64,000 nt of DNA from Eledone cirrhosa (Eukaryota), in NCBI GenBank assembly GCA_964016885.1, contig OZ024756.1:12214001-12278000 (forward strand), written 5' to 3'. Below the pieces are notes generated by a model that was not told the DNA's origin, did no database searches, and saw only the letters and a program-made list of their open reading frames with translations. Position numbers and translations under genes: made by a program. Positions 50,645-64,000 of the stretch are shown piece by piece; the first letter of the stretch is position 1, and each line of letters begins with the position of its first letter.

Positions 50645-53600
50645 TAAAACTTCAGAGTTGGTACCATAAATGTAGGCACCCTAAAGGGTCGCGCTAACGA
50701 GGTTGTAGAAATGCTTGAACGTAAGGAGGTCGATGTTTGTTGTATTCAAGAGACCAGGTGGAGGGGTGGGTCTGCTAGATTCATTGAGGGTAAAAAACGA
50801 TGTTATAAGCTTTTCTGGGTGGGAAACGACGATGGGCTGGGTGGAGTAGGAATCATGGTAGCAGAAAAGTTGGCAGATAAGATAATAGACGTAAATAGAG
50901 TGAACGACAGAATAATTAAAATAAGACTTGTCCTCAATAGAACTACGGTGACAGTAATATCTGCGTACGCACCCCAATCCGGACTGCCCGGCACTATAAA
51001 CACTATGAGACACTGTTGCTAACTACCTCCCAAATATCTGACAGTGACTATATAATTATTGCAGGCGACCTAAATGGTCACATTGGACAACATTGTGACG
51101 GATACGACGAAATCCATGGAGGCTATGGGTTTGGTACTAGAAATGAGGAAGGCTCCAGAATCCTGGAATTCTGTGATGCAAATAACCTAACTATCTGTAA
51201 CACTAACTTCAAAAAACGTGACAATCACCTGATCACCTATAGATCCGGGGAACACACAAGCCAGGTAGATTATATCCTTACCAGAAGACGTGACAGAGTG
51301 TCTGTTGTAAACACTAAATCCCTCCCCCATGAAGAATGCACCTCCCAACATAGACTGATAATTAGCGACCTCATAGTCAGGACGAGACGTACTCGACAGC
51401 AGAAGAGGACTATCCTCAGGAGGAAAATATGGAAACTAAAGGACCCCACAGCCAGAAATAAATTTCAAAGCATATTACTTGATGCTTTCGACAGTAAGGA
51501 AGAGCATCTAGAATCGGACAATATAGAGGGACAGTGGGAATTTCTGAAAGCAAACCTGCTGTTGGCGACAGACGAAGTCTGTGGCTGGAGCAGGCCTGTA
51601 GGCAGGAGGAGAGTAACATGGTGGTGGAACAGTAGGGTGGAGGGGTCAATTAAGGCCAAAAAGCAGGCCTGGAAAGTATGGCGGGATGGGGGAAGTAGAG
51701 TAGACTATCAAGTGGCCAGGAGGGAAGCTAGGAGAGAAGTGTACTTAGCAAGAAGGGAAGCTGAGGAAAGAAAGTTCAAGCATGTTCTACAACGCGATGA
51801 CCAAAAACGTGAGGTGTTCAGGATTGCCAGGCAATGCGTCAAGGAAAACCGTGATATTGTCGGGGAGAAGTGTGTACTTAACGATGATGGCATACTTGCC
51901 ATCACCGACACTGATAAGAGGGTAGCTTGGAAGTGTCACTATGAAAGGCTACTAAATGAGGAGAATAAATGGGAGAAAGACAGTCTCCCCCATATCGACC
52001 CGATAGAGGGACCAGCAGTGTTAGTCGAGGGGAGTATAATAAGTAAGGCAATCAAGGATATGAAGACGGGTAAGGCGGCTGGGCCTTCGGAAATAGTTGC
52101 TGAGATGCTGAAGGCATCTGGCACGGTGGGACACACCATGGTCACCCGCATAGTTAACCAAGTCGTACAGAATGGGGTTGTTCCGAAGGACTGGCATAGC
52201 AGCATCATCGTTAACTGTTATAAGGGTAAAGGAGACGCCCTAGATAGGAGTAACTATAGAGGCATTAAATTAATTGACCAGGTCATGAAGGTCACGGAAA
52301 AAGTAATAGCGCAACTAATCAGAGAGAGAATTGACCTAGATGAAATGCAGTTCGGGTTTGTGTCAGGCAAAAGCACCACAGACGCTCTTTTCATAGTACG
52401 ACAACTACAGGAGAAGTACCTAGCTAAAGGTAAACCCCTCTACTTAGCTTTTGTCGACCTGGAGAAAGCCTTCGACAGAGTCCCCCGCTCCATTATCTGG
52501 TGGGCTCTTAGAAAACTAGGCGTTGACGAATGGCTTGTGAGGGCTATACAAGCCATGTATAAAGAAACAGTCAGCAAGGTTAGAATTAACAACGAATATA
52601 GTGAAGAGTTTAGCGTAAAAGTTGGCGTCCATCAGGGCTCTGTTCTCAGCCCCCTACTATTTATTATTGCCCTTCAGGCTATAACAGAGGAGTTCAAGAC
52701 AGGCTGCCCATGGGAACTCCTATACGCAGACGACCTGACACTCATAGCGGAATCAATGGCCGAGCTAGAGAAGAAATTCCAAACATGGAAGCACGGCCTA
52801 GAGTCAAAAGGACTTAAAATTAACCTGGCTAAGACCAAAGTTCTAGTTTGTAGGAAAGAAAACAAGGCGGCGGTCCCTTCTGGGAAATGGTCGTGCTCGG
52901 TGTGTAGGAAAGGCGTAGGTAGAAACTCCATTTTATGTCCTAAATGCAAAGTATGGGTGCATAAAAGATGTAGTGGGATCACAGGTAAGCTAACTAAGAA
53001 CATAGATTTTACATGTGGCCGGTGTTCTGGTGCAATAAGTAGCAGCAAGTGCCCACAAAATACTAGCTCTTTCAACTGCGCAGAGGGTTCTATAGAAATA
53101 GTGGACAGCTTCCGTTACCTGGGCGATAAAATCAGCAGTGGGGAGGGTGCTCTGAAAGTACTGTAGCTAGAGTCAGAACTGGTTGGAAAAAGTTCAGAGA
53201 GCTTATACCACTATTAGCTGCTAAAGGGTTCTCCCTAAAAATGAAAGGCAGGTTGTACGATGCCTGCATACGAACAGCAATGTTGCATGGTAGTGAGACC
53301 TGGGCATTGTGTGCAGAGGATATACGCAGACTAGAGAGGAACGAAGCTTGCATGCTCCGCTGGATGTGTAACAGTAATATACGTGAACGGCAAAGCATAA
53401 ACGAACTAAGGAAAAAATTAGAGATAAGAGGGATCAGATGTTGTTTACTCGAGAGAAGGCTGCGTTGGTATGGACACGTGATGCGCATGAAAGTCGATAG
53501 CTGTATAACAAAGTGCAGGGCAATAAAGATAGACGGTAGCCACGGAATAGGCAGACCTAGAAAAACATGGGATGAGCTGATAAACTCCGACCTCACACAC

Positions 53601-54043
53601 TTACACCTCTCCAAGACAATGTCACTGGACCGAGACCTTTGGCGGTACTCAGTAACAGAGAAGACCCGCCTTGCCAGTAGGCATCTCTAACAAAATACAC
53701 CCCGTCCCGCCACCACCCCCACCCCATCCACACCACCCCGTTCTATGTAAAGTTATGTTGGTGCCGCGCCATCCAGGCCGAAACAAATGAGATCGTGTAG
53801 GTGTCACGACAAAAAACACACAGTCCACGCTGTAATGTGGCCGTGTAGGCAACACGGTAAAAACCTCCCAGACCCACACTGTAAATGTGGTTGGTGTTAG
53901 GAAGGGCATCCAACTGTAGAAAACCTGCCAGACAGTCCTATGCGAGCAAGACAATCACTCTTGCCTCAAGTGGGACTACCCCCGTCCAAACCCATGCAAG
54001 CGTGGAACACGGACGTTAAACGTTGATGATGATGATGATGATG
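50645..54043 (+). mobile_element. Near-full-length RTE-clade LINE (APE endonuclease + RT + PHD-like finger), two frameshifts
   Basis: RVGTINVGTL, CIQETRW, SAYAPQ, AGDLNGHIG, SQVDYIL, SQHR; RT FVDLEKAFD, QGSVLSP, YADD, YLG. ORF pieces are 50711-51022, 51016-53166 and 53241-53690. Confidence 0.96.
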
Positions 54044-54125
54044 ATATACATATATATATACATATATACATACATATATATATATACATATATATATACA
54101 TATATACATATATACATATATATAC

Positions 54126-54736
54126 ATGGTGGCTGCCAACTCGTTTTCGAGTACGGCCACTACTTTATATCCATATAGGAGAACCCCTACCGATGCGCTG
54201 AACGAGTGTGACATTTTAGTCCAGCCAGCGACTTGAAAACTCTGGTACAAACACTACACTTGTGACAATTATTAACACATAGTGCTGGGCCCATGGTACC
54301 ATGTGACGACAAGTGCAGAGAGATCTCCAGATATAAAGCAATGCCTGTGCCGTGAAACTTTTATAGTGAGCAAAGGCACTGCACAAAGCCAGTCCCACTC
54401 TCTTAACCAAGATGATATTTACCAAAAAGAAGAACAAGTCAACATCATTGGATACCATCAGGGTTGCAGGTGTTATATCAGAGTTTTCCTTCTCCTAGAA
54501 TTCTGCGTTGACAAAGGCTAAGGGGTCATCTCTCCCGGTGATTTTGGATGACCATTGACTCTTAAGAGCTCCTTTGCCCTTTGACAGGTTTTGTTTTTAG
54601 TCCTGCAGGATGTCCAAAGTCACCCTCCTCACCAAGAAACCTTGGTGGGGTTGCCAGTTTAGTCGCCAACGACCCGACCATGAGACAGGTTGTACTGGGA
54701 TACATGTTACCAGTAGCACCAACTGGTGACCTGACA
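54126..54736 (-). mobile_element. ~610-bp non-coding retroelement with (ATGT)n tail and a structured 5' end
   Basis: A second copy lies at 9771-10151. It has no ORF, is bounded by microsatellite, and contains GGGTCGTTGGCGACTAA and TAGGAGAAGGAAAACTCTG motifs. Confidence 0.7.
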
Positions 54737-54905
54737 ATATATATATATACATACATATATATATACATATACATGTATATACATATATATATATATACAT
54801 TGCTTCAAGTGGGAAAACCCCCGTCCAAACCCATGCAAGCGTGGAACACGGACGTTAAACGCTGATGATGATACATATACATATATATATATACATATAT
54901 ATATC

Positions 54906-54952
<47 letters not shown>

Positions 54953-54953
<1 letters not shown>

Positions 54954-57900
54954 GCCCCATCTCCCTCACCCCTCCCCGCCCTTCCCACCCACCAAACACA
55001 AACCAAAACTTCAGAGTTGGTACCATGAATGTAGGCACCTTAAAAGGTCGCTCTAACTAGGTTGTAGAGATGCTTGAATGTAAGGAGGTTGGTGTTTGCT
55101 GTATCCAAGAGACCAGGTGGAGGGGTGGGTCTGCTAGATTCATTGTGAGTAAAAAACGATGCTATAAGCTTTTCTGGGTGGGAAACAACAATGGGCTGGG
55201 TGGAGTAGGAATCATGTTAGCAGAAAAATGGGTAGATAAGATAATAGACGTAAATAGAGTGAACGACAGAATAATTAAAATAAGACTTGTCCTCAATAGA
55301 ACTACTGTGACAATAATATCTGCGTATGCACCCCAATCTGGACTGCCTGGCGTTATAAAAGACAGATTCTATGAGTCGTTAATGCTCATTACCTCCCAAA
55401 TAACTGACTGACTATATAATTATTCCTGGCGACCTAAATGGTCACGTTGGACAACACTGACGGCTATGACGGAATCCATGGAGGCTATGGGTTTGGTACT
55501 AGAAATGAGGAAGGCTTCAGAATCCTGGAATTCTGTGACGTAAATAATCTAACTCTCTGTAACACAAACTTCAAAAAACGAGACAATCACCTATAGATCA
55601 GGGGAACACACCAGTCAGATAGATTATATCCTTACCAGAAGACGAGACAGAGTGTCTGTTGTAAGCACTAAATCCCTCCCCCGTGAAGAATGCACCTCCC
55701 AACATAGCCTCATAGTCAGGACGAGACGTACTCGACAACAGAGGAGACCTATCCTTAGGAGAAAAATATGGAAGTTAAAGGACCCCACAGCCAGTAATAA
55801 ATTTAAAAGCATATTACTTGATGCTTTTGACAGTAAGGAAGAGCAATTAGAGTCGTACAATATAGAGGAACAGTGGGAATTCCTGAAAGCTAACCTGCTG
55901 AAGGCGACAGATGAAATCTGTGGCTGGAGCAGACCTATAGGCAAAAGGAGAGTAACTTGGTGGAGGAGTCGATCAAGGCCAAAAAGCAGGCTTGCAAAGT
56001 ATGGCGGTATGGGGGAAGTAGAGAAGACTATCAAGTGGCCAGGAGGGAAGCTAGGAGACAAGGGTACTTCGCAAGAAGGGAAGCAGAGGAAAGAAAGTTC
56101 AAGCATGTTCTACAACGCGAGGACCAAAACCATGAGGTGTTCAGGATTGCTAGACAATGTGTCAAGGAAAACCGTGATATTGTCGGGGAGAAGTGTGTCC
56201 TTAATGATGATGGTGTACTTGCCATCACTGACGCTGATAAGAAGGTAGCTTGGAAGTGTCACTACAAAAGGCTACTAAATGAGGAGAATAAATGGGAGAA
56301 AGACAGTCTCCCCCACATCGATCCAATAGAGGGACCAGCAGTGCAAGTTGAAGGTAGTATAATAAGTAAGGCAATCAAAGATATGAAGGCGGCTGGGCCT
56401 TCGGAAATAGTTGCTGAAATGCTGAAAGCATCTGGAATGGTGGGACACACTATTGTAAACCAAGTTATACAGAATGGGGTTGTACCAAAGGACTGGCATA
56501 GCAGCATCATCATTAACTGCTACAAGGGTAAAGGAGATGCCCTAGATAGGGGAAACTATAGAGGCATTAAATTAATTGACCAGGTCATGAAGGTCACAGA
56601 AAAAGTAATAGCGCAACTAATTAGAGAGCGAATTGATCTAGATGAAATGCAGTTTGGGTTTGTGTCAGGTAAAAGTACCACAGACGCTCTTTTCATTGTA
56701 CGACAACTACAGGAGAAGTACCTAGCTAAAAGTAAACCCCTCTACTTAGCTTTTGTAGACCTGGAGAAAGCCTTTGACAGAGTCCCCCGCACCGTCATCT
56801 GGTGGGCTCGTAGATGAATGGCTTGTGAGAGCTATATAAGCCATGTATAAAGAAACAGTCAGCAAGGTTAGAATTAACAACGAATATAGTGAAGAGTTTA
56901 GCGGAGGAGTTCAAGACCAGCTGCCCATGGGAACTTCTATACGCAGATGATATAACGCTCATAGCCGAATCAATGGCTGAACTAGAGAAGAAATTCCAAA
57001 CATGGAAGCATGGCCTAGAATCAAAAGGCCTTAAAGTTAACTTGTCTAAGACTAAAGTTCTAATATGTAGGAAGGAGATTAGGGCACTGGTCCCATCTGG
57101 GAAATGGCCATGCTCAGTGTGTAGGAAAGGAGTAGGCAGAAACTTCATTTTATGTCCTAAATGCAAAGTATGGGTTCATAAAAGATGTAGTGGGATCACA
57201 GGTAAGCTAACTAAGAATATAGATTTTATATGTGGCCGGTGCTCTGGTGCAATAAGTAGCAGCAAGTGCCCACAGAATACTAGCTCATTCCATTGCCCAC
57301 TATAGAAATAGTGGACACCTTCCGTTACCTGGGTGACAAAATCAGCAGTGGTGGAGGGTGCTCCGAAAGTACAGTAGCCAGAGTTAGAACGGGATGGAAA
57401 AAGTTCAGAGAGCTTGTACCACTATTGGCCGCTAAAGGGTTCTCTCTAAAAATAAAAGGCAGGCTGTATGATGCCTGCATACGTACAGCGATGTTACATG
57501 GCAGTGAGACATGGGCCTTGTGTGCAGAGGATCTACTCAGACTGGAGAGGAACGAAGCTTGCATGCTCCGTTGGATGTGTAATAGTAATATACGCAAACG
57601 GCAAAGCATAAATGAACTAAGTGAGAAATTAGGAATAAGAGGGATCAGATGTTGTTTACTCGAGAGAAGACTACGTTGGTATGTTCACGTGATGCGCATG
57701 AAAGACGACAGTTGTATAAAAAAATTCAGGGCGATCAAAATAGACGGTAGCTACGGAGTAGGCAGACCCAGAAAAACCTGGGACGACTTGATAAAATCCG
57801 ACCTCACACCCTTACACCTCTCCAAGACAATGTCACTGGACCGAGATCTTTGGCGCTACGTAGTAATACAGAAGACCCGCTTTGCCTAAGTACAAAGCGA

Positions 57901-58267
57901 AACCTACAGTCAGTAGGCACCTCTTAACCAAAATACACCCCCGTCCCACTACCCCTACCCCCACCTACATCACCCCTTTCGATGTAAAGCTATGTTGGTA
58001 CCACAACATCCAGTCCTAAATAAATGATGTCGTGTAGGTGTCACGAGAAAAAACACACAGTCCACGCTGTAATGTGGCCGTGTAGGTAACAGTAAAAACC
58101 TCCCAGTCCACACTATAAACGTGGTTGGTGTTAGGAAGGGCATCCAGCCGTAGAAAACCCACCAGACAGTCCTATACGAGCAGGACAACCAATCTTGCCT
58201 CAAGTGGGACAATTCCCGTCCGAACCCATGCTAGCTTGGAAGATGGACGTTAAACGATGATGATGAT
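54953..58267 (+). mobile_element. Second near-full-length RTE LINE, more degraded, in tandem orientation
   Basis: Collinear with 50645-54043; multiple stops, deletions and frameshifts; (GAT)n tail. Confidence 0.95.
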
Positions 58268-58438
58268 AATATACATATATATATATACACATATACATAT
58301 ATATATATACATATACATATATATATATATACACATATACATATATACACATATACATATATATATATACATATACATATATATATATATACATATATAT
58401 ATATACATATATATATACACATATTCATATATATACAC

Positions 58439-58470
<32 letters not shown>

Positions 58471-59174
58471 ACATATACATATATATATATACATATATAT
58501 ACACGTATATATATATATGTATATGTGTATATATATATATATGTATATATATATACACATATATATATACACATATATATATACACATATACATATATAT
58601 ATATACACATATACATATATATATATACACATATACATATATATGTATACACATATATAGATATACATATATATATACACATATACATATATATATATAT
58701 ACACATATACATATATACACATATACATATATATATACATATATATATACATATTTATATATATATACATATATATATATATACACATATATATATATAC
58801 ATATATATACATATATATACATATACATATATATATATATACATATATATATATACACATATATATATATGTATATATATATATGTATATGTGTATATAT
58901 ATATATATATGTATATGTGTATATATATATATATGTGTGTATATATATATACACATATATATATATATATACACATATATATATACACATATACATATAT
59001 ATATATACACACATATATATATATGCACATATACATATATATATATACACATATACATATATACACATATACTTTTTTTTATACACATATACATATATAC
59101 ACATATACATATATATATACACATATATATATACACATATATATATATACATATATATATATACATATATATAT
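58268..59174. repeat. (TA/CATA)n microsatellite
   Basis: Direct reading. Confidence 0.95.
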
Positions 59175-59249
59175 ATACATTATGAAGAGAGAAGAAACAT
59201 TTAGATATAATTAGTAATAAAATGTATCATACCTAAACTGCTCCTAAAT

Positions 59250-59339
59250 TCCTCGACTACGTAGTTTCGTGGCATAAACAAAAACAATACATCATAAAGA
59301 TATAGAGTCCTTGCGAGGTCTGCCGACTTATCAAGAGGA
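59250..59339 (-). ncRNA. Type I hammerhead, U3-A8 core variant
   Basis: Reverse complement of the 60201-60290 motif. Confidence 0.75.
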
Positions 59340-60200
59340 TACCTCATTTTACTAGTCTCAAGAACACGTCTACACGACGTGAGAAAGAATCCCAAAAGGT
59401 GGAGGGGGAGATAGTCACGCGATATAACGGTCGAGAAACAGAGCTGAGCGTCTTATAACCCCCGAAGAAAATACCACGGAGGCGGAGGGGGTATTTATAT
59501 CGAAGCCGTAGAAGAGGTGGTGAAGGAGACGAGAAGTATGAGTAATGGAAGCTTTCCAGCAGTCCCCACACCTCAAAGATTGCTCGACCAGAGGGAGTTA
59601 TTAACAATATATTTAGAAACACACAGATACATGCGGACACACACATATACATGAATGCATCCGCACCCAACCGTGAGTTAAGGGTGCCAACTTCACCGAT
59701 GTTGCTCAATGAATGACTGGGACAGACCAATCCGGTTGAACCAGACTGAACCAGTATCAGAGTTAAAAATACATTATGAAGAGAGAAGAAACATTTAGAT
59801 ATAATTAGTAATAAAATGTATCATACCTAAATTGGTCTGTCCCAGTCATTCATTGAGCAACATCGGTGGAGTTGGCACCCTTAACTCACGATTGGGTGCG
59901 GATGCATTCATGTATATGTGTGTTTCTAAATATATTGTTAATAACTCCCTCTGGTCGAGCAATCTTTGAAGTCTGGGGACAGCTGGAAAGCTTCCATTAC
60001 TCATACTTCTCGTCTCCTTCACCACCTCTTCTACGGCTTCGATATAAATACCCCCTCCGCCTCCGTGGTATTTTCTTCGGGTTATAAGAGGCTTAGCTCT
60101 GTTTCTCGACCGTTATATCGCGTGACTATCTCCCCCTCCACCTTTTGGGATTCTTTCTCACGTCGTGTAGACGTGTTCTTGAGACTAGTAAAATGAGGTA

Positions 60201-60290
60201 TCCTCTTGATAAGTCGGCAGACCACGCAAGGACTCTATATCTTTATGATATATTGTTTTTGTTTATGCCACGAAACTACGTAGTCGAGGA
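60201..60290 (+). ncRNA. Type I hammerhead, U3-A8 core variant, GUC site
   Basis: TCCTC-TTGATAA-GTcGGCA[loop]TGCCAC-GAAA-CTACGTAG-TC/GAGGA. Confidence 0.75.
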
Positions 60291-60527
60291 ATTTAGGAGC
60301 AGTTTAGGTATGATACATTTTATTACTAATTATATCTAAATGTTTCTTCTCTCTTCATAATGTATTTTTAACTCTGATACTGGTTCAGTCTGGTTCAACC
60401 GGATTGGTCTGTCCCAGTCATTCATTGAGCAACATCGGTGAAGTTGGCACCCTTAACTCACGGTTGGGTGCGGATGCATTCATGTATATGTGTGTGTCCG
60501 CATGTATCTGTGTGTTTCTAAATATAT

Positions 60528-61256
<729 letters not shown>

Positions 61257-61358
61257 AGTAATAATAATAAAATTGAAGACTAAAATCCAGAGAGGGCTCG
61301 ATAAGGAAAATATATATCAAATATATAAGAACCGAAGAGCAAATATTTATTAAAATAA

Positions 61359-61432
61359 CAGATTAAAGTTTAAGCAAAGAATTGCTGCTTTCACCCTTAA
61401 CGGGATCTTCTGAAACTAACAAAGTCAATCTG
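61359..61432 (-). ncRNA. Hammerhead-like motif, CAGAAGA core variant
   Basis: Reverse complement: AGTTT-CAGAAGA-TCCC GTTAA GGGT-GAAA-GCAgcaattcttTGC-TT/AAACT. Confidence 0.5.
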
Positions 61433-62078
61433 TAAACGCAGAACTGGATATTTCAAAAAACGTTGCAACCGGAGGAAGACAGGAAGACGATACTTTGGTT
61501 CATGGTGACGTTCGCTGGCAAAGAACGGGAAAAAACGAATAATACGTCATTAATAGGAGCTGTGAAAAACAATTACGTGCAAGGACAGAACCACGTTTAT
61601 GGTATAAAAGAGGTCGTAGACTAATGTTCTCTAAGTGGTGCATAGAGACGTTCTCTGGCAATGAACGACAAAAACGAAGATAATAAGTCATATGTGGAGC
61701 GTGGAGAACAATAGCGTGCAAAGACAAAACCACGTAAATGGTATAGCAGAAGTCGTAGACTAAAAATCTAACTATTAAATGGTTTTGTCTTTGCACGCTA
61801 TTGTTCTCCACGCTCCACATATGACTTATTATCTTCGTTTTTTCGTTCATTACCAGAGAACGTCTCTATGCACCACTTAGAGAACATTAGTCTACGACCT
61901 CTTTTATACCATAAATGTGGTTCTGTCCTTGCACGTAATTGTTTTTCACCGCTCCTATTAATGACGTATTATTCGTTTTTTCCCGTTCTTTGCCAGCGAA
62001 CGTCACTATGAACCAAAGTATCGTCTTCCTGTCTTCCTCCGGTTGCAACGTTTTTTGAAATATCCAGTTCTGCGTTTA

Positions 62079-62151
62079 CAGATTGACTTTGTTAGTTTCA
62101 GAAGATCCATTAAGGGTGAAAGCAGCGATTCTTTGCTTAAACTTTAATCTG
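62079..62151 (+). ncRNA. Hammerhead-like motif, CAGAAGA core variant
   Basis: CAGATTGA..AGTTT-CAGAAGA-TCC ATTAA GGGT-GAAA-GCAgcgattcttTGC-TT/AAACT-TTAATCTG, then AATAAA. Confidence 0.5.
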
Positions 62152-62166
62152 TTATTTAATAAATAT

Positions 62167-64000
<1,834 letters not shown>

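Larger units (their letters stand above)
59175..60527. mobile_element. Retrozyme/pLTR-like element: 594-bp non-coding unit as partial tandem plus inverted partial tandem
   Basis: 59175-59237 repeats directly at 59769-59831. 59831-60366 is the reverse complement of 59175-59731 and reads through the unit junction to 60527. Confidence 0.85.
61342..62166. mobile_element. Fold-back element: ~390-bp inverted arms, 47-bp spacer, hammerhead-like motif at each outer end
   Basis: 61342-61732 is the reverse complement of 61780-62166. Confidence 0.88.

Overview
Eukaryotic, AT-rich, microsatellite-saturated animal DNA. The repeat repertoire (Nin/Deu-domain tRNA SINEs, RTE LINEs with (GAT)n tails, very long (TA/CATA)n tracts) suggests a coleoid cephalopod such as Octopus; this is an inference. 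One host gene runs on the + strand, with its 3' portion in the window: phase-compatible exons 9000-9123, 12451-13302, 23126-24139 and 43968-44005(stop), plus candidate cassette exons at 20328-20399 and 31168-31183. It encodes an unidentified Gln-rich protein with three (I)KxEP SUMO-type motifs. The rest is transposon-derived: two near-full-length RTE LINEs and many fragments, a DD34D mariner with 100-bp TIRs, Penelope-like (Neptune-type), CRE-like and Helitron remnants, TTAA piggyBac-type MITEs, SINEs, and several minisatellites that visibly grew out of TE sequence. The most notable signal is a dense set of about 12 type-I hammerhead-ribozyme motifs, read by eye, from several unrelated families. 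They sit in small non-coding elements inserted in (TA)n tracts, often as fold-back or partial-tandem (circularly permuted) structures, resembling non-autonomous Penelope pLTR/retrozyme elements. They include a U3-A8 compensatory core variant, an A4 core variant and a family with a ~60-nt structured stem II. A candidate HDV-like ribozyme caps another non-coding retroelement. Most ORFs in the supplied track are low-complexity artefacts.
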